This document shows positions 50,841 through 62,200 of a stretch of 64,000 bases of DNA, in pieces; positions within the stretch are counted from its first letter, which is position 1, and every line of letters starts with the position of its first letter. A program made the translations under genes and the position numbers. Source of the DNA: Lama glama. Its lineage: Eukaryota. The notes beneath the pieces are model-generated. The model did no database searches. It worked only from the letters and a program-made list of their open reading frames with translations, and was not told where the DNA came from. The stretch spans positions 868,001 through 932,000 of the forward strand of contig CM052836.1 of assembly GCA_028534125.1 (NCBI GenBank), written 5' to 3'.

Positions 50841-51214
50841 ACAACCCAGCAGAGAAGGAAGTCCAAGCCGGGGGCCGGGCGTCCCAGGCCTTGTCACCTG
50901 GCCAGCTGCCTTCCTTCCCGTTTCTCGCTCACTCCCAGGTCTGGCATTTACTGAACACCCTCCACACCTACAGGCCCAACCACGGCCCACACCAAACCCA
51001 AAGCCCCCCCCGAGGCCGGTGTTCCCCAGACACACCCCGTGTTCCGACTCCAGGCCACGCACCCTCCTCCACCTGCCCGAGAGCCACCTGAGCAGCTGTC
51101 AGAGTCACAGATCCACACCCTCCCTCCCACGCCAAGAGACCCCGACGTAACGAGGCGGGTGGGGGGACAGACACTGGGGTTTGGTTTTGCTTCATTCTTT
51201 TTTAAAGAACCCTA

Positions 51215-53480
51215 GGCTCAGAAATGAAAGAGGGGACACCACCCAAGTCCAGAGACGTTAAAGGGTAACCAAGGGATATTACACTCGACTCGACGCCAGC
51301 AACTGTGACGGCTCAGATGAGACGGGCAGATTCCTTGAGACACGCAAACCACCGGGACCGACGCAGGAAGAAACAGAAAGTCTTGGTAATCCCATGTCAA
51401 TAAACTGAATTCATAAAGAAAAGCTCCGCCAGAAAGCAAATCCAAGATCGCTTCACCAATAAACGCCGTCCAGTGTTTCAGGTAGAAACAGTATCAATCC
51501 CACACAGACGCTTAAAATAACAATAAATCAAGAGGGAACACTTCCCAAGTCATGTGTGGGGCCCGTGTTACCTGGATACAGACACCAGGCAGACGTATTA
51601 CCAGGGTCCGCTCTCTCACGACACAGTTACAAACATCTTTAACAAAATCGTAGCAGACTGAATTCAGCAATACACACAAAAACAACACATCATGAGCACT
51701 GGGGGTTGTGCCAGGAATGCAAGGCAATGTAACATTCAAAAATTAATCAACAAAGGAGAAAAACCATATGATCATCTCAACAGACACAGAAAACACATAA
51801 GACAAAATTCAACATCCATTCATGATAAAAAAAAAAAAACAACTCTGCAAACTTGAAAACTTCCTCAACCTCAAGAAAAGGCGTCTCCATCAAAGGGTCC
51901 CCTAACATCATATTTAACGAAAAAAGATTACGTTCTTTTCGCTAAGACTGGGAATAGGTGAGGATGTCCACTGCCACCTCTTCCGTTAAACGCTGCCCTC
52001 AACACCCTAGACAATGGAACAAAAGGAAAAAAGAAAGAAAAGGCATTTGAATTGTAAAGACAGGAGTAAAATGGTCCCTTGTTGTAACTGTCAGTATTAT
52101 CTTTGTGCAAAATCTTAAATGACTATAAAGAAGCTACTCAAACAAATAAGTCAATTTAGAAAGGGCACAGGATAAACAAACAATACAAAAAAAATCAATT
52201 GTACTTCCAAACTGCAGCAATAAACAATTGGAAAATAAAACCTTTAAGAATCCATTTATAACATTCAAAACTACAAAACACATAATAAACACGATACAAC
52301 GCGTGTGAGGCCTACACCGACGGCCACAAAGCCCCGCCGGGAGGGATGCAGGAGGGCGAACACAGATGGATGGACAGTCCTTGACCACAGGCTGAGACTC
52401 AGCATCGCGACAGCGTCAGCACTCCCCACGCGGACCCGAGGGGCAAGCACAATCGCAGGCAAGACCCGAGCGGGCTTTTCCACAGAACCTGGCAAGCGGA
52501 TTTTAAATTTATACAGAAATGCAAAGGATCCAGACTAGACAATACAAGTTTGAAAATGAAGCACGCTTGTCAAGCTCACAACCAGACTTCAGGAATCACG
52601 ATAAAGCAAGAGTCCTGAGGACAGCGTGGTTTTAGGGTGGATGGTGAACAAGCCATAACGGACCAGAATTGAGTCCCGAGGCAAAGCCGCACAGAGAGTC
52701 TCAATTCCTTTTCAGACAGGGTGCCAATAATTCAATGGAGGAAGGATCCTTCCTTTGACAGCTGGTTCTGGAACAACTGGATATCCACACTCCAAACAAT
52801 GTACCTCAATTGTCAGCTTTTTTCCAGTTACAAAGTAACTTGAAATGCGTAAGAGACATAAAAGCTTAAAATCATAATGTTTCCCAAAGTAAACATAGAA
52901 GAAAAATCTCTATGACTATGGGCTAGGCAAAGATTTCTTACACAGGACACAAAGAGCACAATCTACTAAAAACAATACAGCTGGACTTAACACTAAAAAT
53001 GTCTGCCCTTTGAGAGATGCCACTCATGAAACAAAAAGGTGAGCTGCAGACCGAGAGAAAACGTTTGTAACACAAATATCTGACCAAGAACTTGAATCCA
53101 GAACACGCAAAGAGCTCTCAGAATTCAGATATGAGGCAAACAGCCCAATCCAAAAGTCGGCAGAGGATGCGAATAAAAACTTAGACGAATACACACAAAT
53201 AGCTGACAAATGCAGGAGAAGACACTCGGCCGGAGCATCTATGACCCGGCAAGACAACACCCAGCAGCTAAAATTAAAAAGACTGATGACAGCAAGTGTT
53301 GGCAAGGATGTGAAATAACTGGGCTCCCACGTTAGCAGCAGGGATGCAACACGATACAGCCTCTTGGGAAAACAGTTTACCAGTTTCTTACAAAGTTAAA
53401 GACACACTTACCACACAACCCCACAATTCCAAGTAGTTACGAGAGAAATGGAAACGTGTCCACACTCGGATTTGCATACA
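51215..53480 (+). mobile_element. Degenerate LINE-1 (L1M) ORF2 fragment
   Basis: A-rich; about 51761-51830 translates [22 protein letters not shown], matching L1 reverse transcriptase [23 protein letters not shown]; many stops and frameshifts. Confidence 0.9.
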
Positions 53481-53489
53481 CATGAACGG

Positions 53490-54285
53490 AGCCTTTTTAC
53501 AGTGGTAAATACACAGAGCATAACATTTACCGTCTTAACCATTTCAAAGGGTCCAATTCAGTGACACTGAGCACGTCTGTGATGTCATGCAGTCATCCCC
53601 GCTCTCTAGCGTCAGAACTTCTTCAACGCCCCAGAAGGAAACCCCACGTACATTAAGCACTCTCCCTTCCCTCAGCCCTGGCAACCTCTGATCTGCTTTG
53701 TCTCTGGGGTTGCCTGTTCTGGACATTTCACATAAATGGAGTCGCATGATATGGGCACTTCACTGTCCACCTGCACTTAGCAGGATGTTTCCACGGGCCA
53801 TCCAGGCTGCGGTGCGGGTCAGTATTCACTCCTTTTTTGGCTAAGTTATATTCCGTCGTCTGGATGGACCCCGGCTGTTTACTCGCTCATCCCCTGATGG
53901 GCTTTTGGGCTGCTTCCCAAGTTGTGAGCAGTGCTGCTAGGGACGGCCATGGATCAGCTTTTGTTTGATTATCTGCTTTCAATTCTCTTGGGTGTCTATC
54001 TATCCAGGAGCTGAACTGCCAGCTCATATGACAACCCCCTACTTAACTTTATGAAGAATCTCTAAACTGTTTTCCAAAGCCGCTGCCCCATGTCACACTC
54101 CAGAGCAACATATGAAAGCTGCAGTTTTTCCACATGCTCACCAACATTTTCCATTTTTTTTGACACAAGCCGGTCTGGCGGGCGGGAAGTGGCAGCTCAG
54201 CGTGGTCGGGATGCGCGCTCCCCTGGTGACTAACGGTGCTAAGCGTCCTTCCACGTGCTTATTTGCCATCTGTCTACCAGGTACG
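53490..54285 (-). mobile_element. L1MB-like 3' end, inverted, nested in the preceding L1
   Basis: Typical reverse-strand L1MB 3' sequence (catttaccgtcttaaccattt..ctggacatttcacataaatgga..ctaaactgttttccaaag). Confidence 0.8.
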
Positions 54286-54329
54286 TGCACTCACGCTCTA
54301 CCTGGTTGTTCTCCCTCCTGGGCTGAGCT

Positions 54330-54620
54330 GCAGCTCACAGCACTTTTCTTCCCAATAACCTCGAACAGGAAGTAATCCGAACACCCGCCAACAGGTGAAT
54401 GGATCAACAAACCACAGCACACCCCCTCGACGAAACAGGACTCAGCAATAAGCAACATGAAGTACTGACACACGACGCCACCCGGGAGTCTCGGGAACGC
54501 TGCGCCAAGGGGAACAAGCCGGATGCAGAGTCTACAACGCATGCCTCCGCCCTGGACTCCTGAAGACACAGACCTCATCTATAACCATCGACTCTCGGCA
54601 GATCACTGGTGGCCGGGGTG
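54330..54620 (+). mobile_element. Continuation of the plus-strand L1 3' region
   Basis: caacaggtgaatggatcaacaaa..ctcagcaataa..gaagtactgacacac motifs. Confidence 0.65.
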
Positions 54621-54692
54621 GAGGGCTGAGAGCATCGCCCCTGGACACCCTCGGCCATGCCCAGAGGCTCCGCTGTCGCAAGCTTCCATGGC

Positions 54693-54834
54693 GGGGGGAG
54701 GGGACAGCTCAAGTGGCAGAGCGCACGCTTAGCACGCACGAGGTCCTGGGTTTAATCCCCAGCACGCCCTCTAAAAGTAAATAAAAATAAAACCTAATTA
54801 CCTCTCCCCTCCAAAAATATTAAAAAAAAAAAAA
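54693..54834 (+). mobile_element. tRNA-Ala-derived SINE (vic-1-like) with TSD
   Basis: Same head and tail; TSD core aagcttccat at 54680-54689 and 54838-54847. Confidence 0.9.
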
Positions 54835-55029
54835 GGTAAGCTTCCATAACCACTCTGATGTCTCAGCCCCTCTCCCTTGTCTGGGGACCACAGGGCCAAG
54901 CAGAGGGGGCGCACTTTACAGGCCAATGGAAGCTTTTGGGGGAAAAGCTGGCCTCCCGTCTGCCCCCACCCCTTGCCCCGACTAAGGACTCCAGCAAGCG
55001 CCACCCCCAATGTCTTCATCACTCTTCCC

Positions 55030-56105
55030 TGTACTCCATCCTTCCCTGAAGACAGAAGCTGGACGTGCGAGCCTTCTCTCAGCCTCTCATGCCCACCAGC
55101 TCCTCCCCCATTTCTCAGCCCCCTCTTCACAGAATTCTCAAAACAGTGGCCACTCCTGCTGTGCTGAGCTCCCCGCTCCCCCCTCGCAAACTCCAGGCCC
55201 ACCGCATCCCCAGCACCTCCCATTGGGACACCTGTGACCCCTGTGTTGCCAAGGTTAATGTCCAAGGTCAGCTCCCAGCCCTCACCTTACTGGACCCCGC
55301 GGCCAGGCAGCCCTTCCCCCCACGCACATCCTGCCTGTGGCCCAGCCGCACCAGGCACCCCTGGCTTTCTCTGGCCCTGATGGACCTCATTCTTGGTCCC
55401 TTGACCTTGGACCTCTCCTCTCTTCCATCCACCTGGCTTCCCCGACATCTCGTGCTGACTCACAGCTTTAAAAATACCACCTGTGTGCCAGCAGCAGCCA
55501 GGCCGCTCCCCCAAGCCCCAGCCTCGCTCATCTGGCCGGCCCCTCGCCACCTCCAGCGGGACGGCAGTGGAGCTCACGGTGCTGCCTGGAGAGCCAGCCG
55601 TCCTCCCGAATGCCCCACAGCCGCTCTGCCCGCTGGCAGCCATCGCGGGGTGCTGCACTCCCTCCCTTGGGTTGCCTGTGCCAAGGGTCTCGGGGTCGCC
55701 CTGGACTCCTCCACTGCTCCAACCATCCCATCGGCTCCATCGTCACAACCCACCCAGAACCCAGCCGAAGCCCGCCACCTGCGTGGGGCCACTCCCCCCG
55801 CTGACCACACCCACCCTCCAGCCCAGCTAAAGTGTGCCTGGACGTCCCCCTGGGGCACCTCCTCCATCAGCCCACCAGCCACCTGACTTCAAACCTCAAA
55901 CACCCCCAAACCGATGGCTCCCTTGAGCACCTGGACCCACACTTTCCTTCTCCGCAGCACTGGGGCCCTGACACATGACCTATTTTGATTTACTTCCTCT
56001 CCTCGGCCTTCCATCACCTGCTGCTTGACTGTAAGTGCCAAGCTGGCAGGACCTTCTGTCTCTCGGTTTCTTGCTGTAAGTGGAGCTCAAGAAACACTTG
56101 CTGGG
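55030..56105 (+). mobile_element. L2 fragment
   Basis: C-rich, with L2-like motifs (ctcaccttactggacc; gactgtaag..ggcaggacc..gctcaagaaacacttgctg). Confidence 0.6.
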
Positions 56106-56269
56106 GGGAAGCAGTGAGACTCCAAGCAGTGGACAAACTGCAAGTTGAAAGGGGCCTTAAAGGTATCCAACTCCTGTGAGAGGAATGTCTTTGACCACCC
56201 AGCAGTCATGTTCTCTTAATTATGAAATAGCCCCCTGCCCTGCTCAAAAATTGTATAGGACCGACACAA

Positions 56270-56645
56270 CCAAATTTTGTAACGTATGGACTGAATTCAA
56301 TAAACCAACTGTAAGAAGGCATTCTGGAGACAACGGGGGAAAACCAAACACTTCAAGAAATAATGCTAAGTAATTATTACTACTTTTCGTAGGAGCAATA
56401 ATGGATCTGCTGCCACATTGTCTAAGTCTTTACGTAGGAGGATCTGCGCTGAAATTTACAGGTGAAATAACATGCGGTCTGGGATTGGCTTAAATACTCC
56501 AAAAAACAAGAGGAACAGGTGAAAAAAGAATGGCGAAATGCCGACAGTAGTTGGAGCGGGTGATGGGTACGGGGAGGGGGCGGGTAATTTTTACCACTTT
56601 CTTGACTTGCGCATGTGTTTGAAATTTTCCATAATTAATTTTTTT
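56270..56645 (+). mobile_element. Old L1 (L1MC-like) 3' fragment
   Basis: gtctgggattggcttaaatactcc..gggtgatgggtac..tgtttgaaattttccataat. Confidence 0.65.
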
Positions 56646-56688
56646 AAAGGGTATCCAATTCCTTCACCTCAAGAAAGATGACCGATCT

Positions 56689-56822
56689 GGGGGAGGGGTC
56701 AGCTTGGTGGTAGGGTGCGCGTTTAGCACGCATGAGGTCCTGGGTTCAATCCCCAGCACCTCTGTTAAAAAAAATATATATGTAAGTAAATATATAAATC
56801 TGATTACCCCCCCAAGAAAGAA
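56689..56822 (+). mobile_element. tRNA-Ala-derived SINE (vic-1-like)
   Basis: ..GCATGAGGTCCTGGGTTCAATCCCCAGCACCTC + tail ATCTGATTACCCCCCC. Confidence 0.87.
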
Positions 56823-58394
56823 AGACAGATGAATGATGGGACCTGGCCAACAAAGGGCACAGGCCTGCTGCGTTCCCTAGGTGCCTGGATGGCACAGCTG
56901 TACTCGGGCCTCTGGGTTCTGTGCCTGGGATGCAAGGATCGTGTCTGATCTGAATGTAAAAACCGGCCAAGTGCTCACGGCGCGTTCTGCTGGCAGGCGG
57001 CTCACGGGCAGGCAGAGAAGACCCCAGGCCCAAAGCAGAGCCACCTGGCTGCTGGCCTGGCCGTGCCCTCCCACAGCCACAGAGAACTCCAGTCAGCAAG
57101 AGCTACAAGCAAAACTCCCGGAGCGGGGTCCAGCTGAGGCCCTGGTTCAGGGCAGGCCCCGGGGTGGGGCGGGGGACAGAGCATCCTTGCAAACAAAATC
57201 AAAACACGCGCCAGCACCAAAAACACCCAAGTGCTAGATCAAAGAAGGTTATATTCTCGTGCTTAGGCAACTCGAATTTCTTGCAACAGGACAGAAAAAC
57301 AGAAAACAAAAAGCAAAACCATAGGATTCCGGGCAACATGTGCTTTCTCACCTCGTGGACTTAGCACTTTTGTGTTTGTTCGCTGGTGAAGATTAAAGCC
57401 ACTTAACACACCTTCTACTAAATGAAGAAACATCACTGCTGAGAACCAGTGGCAGCCCACACTGGCCGGTCGTCCAGCCGGCAGGGGAACCGCCCCGAGG
57501 GCCCTGGACCGCCTCTGCTTTGCTTTCTGGCCCAAGTTCCATGGGAGGGGATGTGCTTCTCCACTGAGACCCGGGCCTTGGTGGGTCTGAGCTGAGCGCC
57601 TTCCCCACCCACCGCCCAGGCCCAGGATGGTGCCTCCGCGTCCCGCCCCCGTCGAGGGACGCTGTCGCTGCTTCCTTTCCAGGATTTGGGTCTTGTTTCC
57701 TCCGTTGCCGAGGTCAGCGTATCAGTGGCTCTTTTTCACGGCCCCCAGGGCACTGTTCACAGCATCAGTGACCATCGATTCACTGAGTGCCTGATTTAAC
57801 CCACGTGGTCCGTTATTAAGCTGGGTGGGAACCTGAATTTCTACAAATCGAGTCCATTTAGAATCGATTTAAATTTAGACTTGGAAACTTAATATTTAAA
57901 ATAGGATATTCTATTCCCTAATGGAGACCCCTTTCGAAAAATAATTTTGATAATTGCAAAAACAATCCCATTGTAAAGGAAACAAGCCACACAGAAGTAC
58001 ATGCTGGGGGGGGAGGTACAGGTTCCGCTTCCTCCTTCCTCCCCCAGCACACAAGCCCACCCCCCTCCCACACACACTGTCCCTCCCACCCCTGTCGCTA
58101 ACTGGACAGTCACTTCTGCGCGGAGCTGTGTCCCAAGCCTGGAGCAGTGCCTTCTCCACTCATCCACGGTGGGCACCCCATAATCATCTGCTCAATAAAC
58201 ACCGTGGGTCCTTCCAGGTGCTTCCACACCTCATCACTACACCTGCAGCAAATGGGCTAATTCCACACATTCCACACGAAGGAGCAGTGTTTTCAGTGAA
58301 TATATGGGCACTTCTTTTAAAGGCTCAACTGTTTTATGAAGTGAAAGATCCTATAGCATGTTTTTGGGGGGAAATGCAATTCTTAGATTATTAA

Positions 58395-58690
58395 CTTTTC
58401 ATGTTAGAGAATTTCAAAAATACACAGAAGTAGACAGAACAGAATAACAGACCCTCTGGTACCCTCACCCGGAGCCAGCAACCATCCATCCACAGACAAT
58501 CCTGTCCGCTCCGCACCCCAACCACTTCCCGCCCGTGCTAATCTGAAACGGATCTTAAATGCTGTATCATTTCCTCTGCAAACACCCCAGTACCTATCGC
58601 TAGAAGGTAAAGGTGGTTTTAACAGAAGCACAATGTTGTTATTACAGAATATCACTACTCTCTAAATTCATCATCCACTCAACAAAGGTC
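58395..58690 (-). mobile_element. Old L1 3' fragment (reverse)
   Basis: gaatttcaaaaatacacagaagtagacagaacag..tatcatttcctctgcaaa. Confidence 0.55.
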
Positions 58691-61199
58691 CAAGTGTCTC
58701 CCAAACACCTTAACTTTTGAAAGGAGTGATTCTTGGGCCAAACGCTGATTGACTGCATTTTGTTCAGAGCCTGCAATCTCGGGGTGCTACTTAAAAGCGA
58801 TCAGGGGACGGCATGCAGTCTTCACTTTCATGGACAGCATCTGAGGTTTTAGACCCAGCAAGGGACTCCGTCCCACTGGAGGATCACATTTGGGGCTGCT
58901 GTCACGCCGGGCCCACGTACAGCAGAGCCAGGCGCACATCCGTGCACTCAGGAAGGGTCAGGGAGCCGGACAGGGAGCCACTCCAAGGAACTGGGATGAG
59001 CCAGTCTGCTTATCTCAAAGATCACCTTAACGGGCGTGCCGAAAAGGGCTGCCACCCTAGCTCCAGGCGGGGCCCGCGCGCACGCCGTCTCCACTTGGCC
59101 GAGTCAGAAGATACTTTCTCCTGATAAGTCTGCACTTCCCCACGTCTCCTCTGGACAGCAGGCAGGCCAAGAGGGCCTGCCTGACGGGCCTCACTCTCGG
59201 GGGACACCCCAAGACGCCCCCAGACGGCCACGGGGCCCAGGGGTGCAGGCAGAGATGCACCTGCTGAGCCCCGGGCACTCCCAGTACCAAGGGCGAGGAC
59301 CTCCCACCTCTGCCACTTCTCCTTGGCCACCTTCCTTCCATCTCGCCTCTAGGATGGAGAAAGGTCTGGAAAGAAATCACTGCCCCCCGCCAGAAACTAG
59401 ACAGACATCTTTCTCCCAGCAGCTCCCTCAACTGCCAACGGATGGCATATTCATTTGTACATTTTCACATGGCCGCTCCACCCCACCCTGCAGGCCTGGA
59501 TGGTTAACTGGTCACTGCTGTCACTCCAGACAGAGCCTGGGGGCAGGGGATGGGGGGCCGCGGGGGCACTGGGAGCCACTTCCTACCACATCTCCTTCCC
59601 AGAAGTTTTAACCGAACAAATTCATAGCATGAAGAGGAAAATCACTGTTAATTATGGAACAATCAGGAAGCCAGTTCAGTCCTAACCCAGGGACACTGGG
59701 GACGCCTGGTGGTTGGGGGCAGGGTGGGGGGAACGTGGTTCCCAACTGCCAACCCAGAAGCTCTGGTCCCAGGCTCACCACACAAGACACGGGGTCCGGT
59801 GGAGGCTTCTGGCCACCCTCTTGGCCCCACCCATCCCTCCCCCACCAGCAGAAAATGAACCCAGAGGGAAGGGTGGGAGGCCAGGGCCTGTCCATGCTCA
59901 GTGTGGGAGAGGCAGGCTCCGTCTAGAAGCACAGAGGATGGATGAGAAAACCATTGATCTTTGCAATGCATTATTGATTCTGCTATGCGCTGGCACCAGC
60001 GGATGGCCTCCCCCCTCTCTCAGAGCCAGACATCAGCGAGGACTCCCGAGCCCGGCCTAGACATCCCCGACTGGTGTGGGGAAGCGGAGGAGATGAAACC
60101 CGCCTTGCATAACCCACACGGAACAGATCGCAAGTAAATGATGTCATTGAGGTCAGCTCCCAGCCCCCCAGACCCACTGGGCGGCTGTGCAGGGTGGGGC
60201 TGCACCCCACTCCTCCGCCCGGGTGGGTGTGCCACCTGCCAGGACCCTGAGGAAGGCTGCCTGAGCCCCGCCCCTCCCCACCCTCGTTACCAGTGGAGGG
60301 GTTCTCTGCAAGCCTGCACTTTCCAGCAACCACAGGGAGCCGGTTCCACTCCCGTGGCAGCTCGTGGTCCTGGAACACGGTGCGTGAGTGGACCCGGGCA
60401 GAGCTGCATCTTGCGCCAGCAATTCGGTTTTCTTTCTTTCTTTGGTTTACCTGCTGGTTGCACTACAAACACTGTTGTTTCTTTAAACTTCTGAAGATCT
60501 GGCCTCTTCGGGGCACAGTCCTTGTCCACAGAATGGCCCCAGTGTGTCCCTCACCATCCCCATTCCTCCAGCAGGTTTTACTCCTGGTAAGACCCGGTGC
60601 CCAGAGTACTCAGAGCACGCCTGCTTTATTCTTGCAGACGATGTGCGCAGACACCAGCGGCTCAAGGGACAATCGGGGCATTATCCCTGCCAGAATCCCG
60701 GGCCCAGAGCTGGCCGAGGCAGTCTGTTTCTGGGACACAGTAAGCATTCCCAGAGAAAGGTGCCCAGGCGGCCAGAAGGCAGGCCCCAGGCCTGGGGCAG
60801 ATATAAGATGACAGGCCACGGATGTCACTTCACCTCTTGAAAAGGAAACTTCCGCTCCGTTGTGCCTGGTGGACTTGAACAGACTCACAAGGAGGGGGTG
60901 GCCGGGGGGAGGGCAGCCCCTTGGCCACAGTCCCCAGGTCCTGGATGTGCTGAACACAAGGGGAGGTTTCCAAGTCAGAACCAGAACAACTTCACATGGC
61001 TGACGCCCCGGAGAGCAGGGCCCGGCTACGGACAACAGGCCTCACTGTCGGTGAACTGCCCGCCTATACGGACCCCCACGCACCGCACCTCCCAGTACGA
61101 AATCAAATAAACGAAAAGGACCACCGCGACCCAAGTCCCCTCTCCACGCTGGCACTGGCGACACCGCAGCGGATTCGGCCTCCTGCAGCTCGCCAGGCG

Positions 61200-62200
61200 G
61201 CTGCAACAGGTGCAGCCCCAAGCTCAGGCTGCTGACGCTCCCTGGCTGCTCTGGAACCCCGGAGCCAGAGCCCTAGAGGAAGCCGAGGCCTGCAGCGCTC
61301 ACCGCCGGCCCGACCTGCCCCACCTGTCTGAGCGCGCGGCTCCGGGTCCAGCCCCCGGGGACCGCGGCCTCCGCGACAGAAACAGAAGCCGCGGCGCCGG
61401 CGCGGGGCCCGAGTGGCCGGAGTGGGGCGGGGGCCGGGCGGGCAGGAGCCGCGGGCCGGGCCGAACGCGCCGCCCCCGCTCCCGGGCCACGCGCCCGGGG
61501 CCGGGAGGGCGCCGCGAAGGGGAGGGGTCCTGGGGGGCCAGGGAGGGGCTCCGGGAGGGGTCCGGGGAGGAGCCAGGGAGCTCCGGGAAGGGGACTCCCG
61601 GAGGGGCCGGGGGTCCCGGCAGGGGTCGGGGGCTCTGGCGGGGGCTCCGGGAGGGGGCTCCGGAGCCGGGGCCGGGGCGGGCGCCGCCGACCCCGCGCAC
61701 CTGCCCGGCCCGCGGCCCCCCTCCGCCCGCCGGCCCTTACCTGGCGCGGTGCGTCCCGGCGGCGCGGCCCCGGCGGCGCCCGGCCCGGCGAGCGCGGGCG
61801 CAGGAATGGCGACGGCGGCAGCGGCGGCGGCGGCCCGGCTCGGAGGGCGGCGCGGCCCGGCGGCGCGGGGATGCTGCGGCGCGCGAGGGCGCGGAGGCCG
61901 GCGCGGGAGGGAGGCGCGGGGCGGCGCGCAGGCCCCTCCCCCGCTCCCCTCCTCCCCTTCCCGCCTCCTCCCTCCGCCCTCGGCCTCTCCCCGCCCTCCT
62001 CTCTCCCCCACCCTCTCCGCCCCGCCCCTTGGCCCTCCCCTTTCTTCACCTTCCTCCACTCCTGCCCTTCCTCCGCCCCCTCCGCGCCCCTGCCGCCTCC
62101 CACCGCCGCAGTTTCCCTCCGCGCTGCTCCTTCCCCGCCTCCCGCCTTCCTCTCCTGCCCCCCGCGCCCCCAGAGGCCACCCCCTGCCTTGGCCAGGCCT
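61200..62200. promoter_or_regulatory. CpG island promoter of SEMA4D
   Basis: Extremely GC/CpG-dense; GC boxes (GGGGCGGGG, CCGCCC), GGC repeats, a YY1-like AATGGCG near 61805; no TATA box seen. Confidence 0.9.
61741..61930 (-). other. SEMA4D: Non-coding first exon (5' end approximate)
   Basis: Consensus donor CCAG|GTAAGG at 61740 inside the CpG island; no sense-strand ATG in the exon. Confidence 0.75.

Noticed and set aside
51215-53480. Reverse-transcriptase-like coding remnant
   Set aside because: An ordinary decayed L1 ORF2 with stops, frameshifts and no intact catalytic motif; not a domesticated gene.
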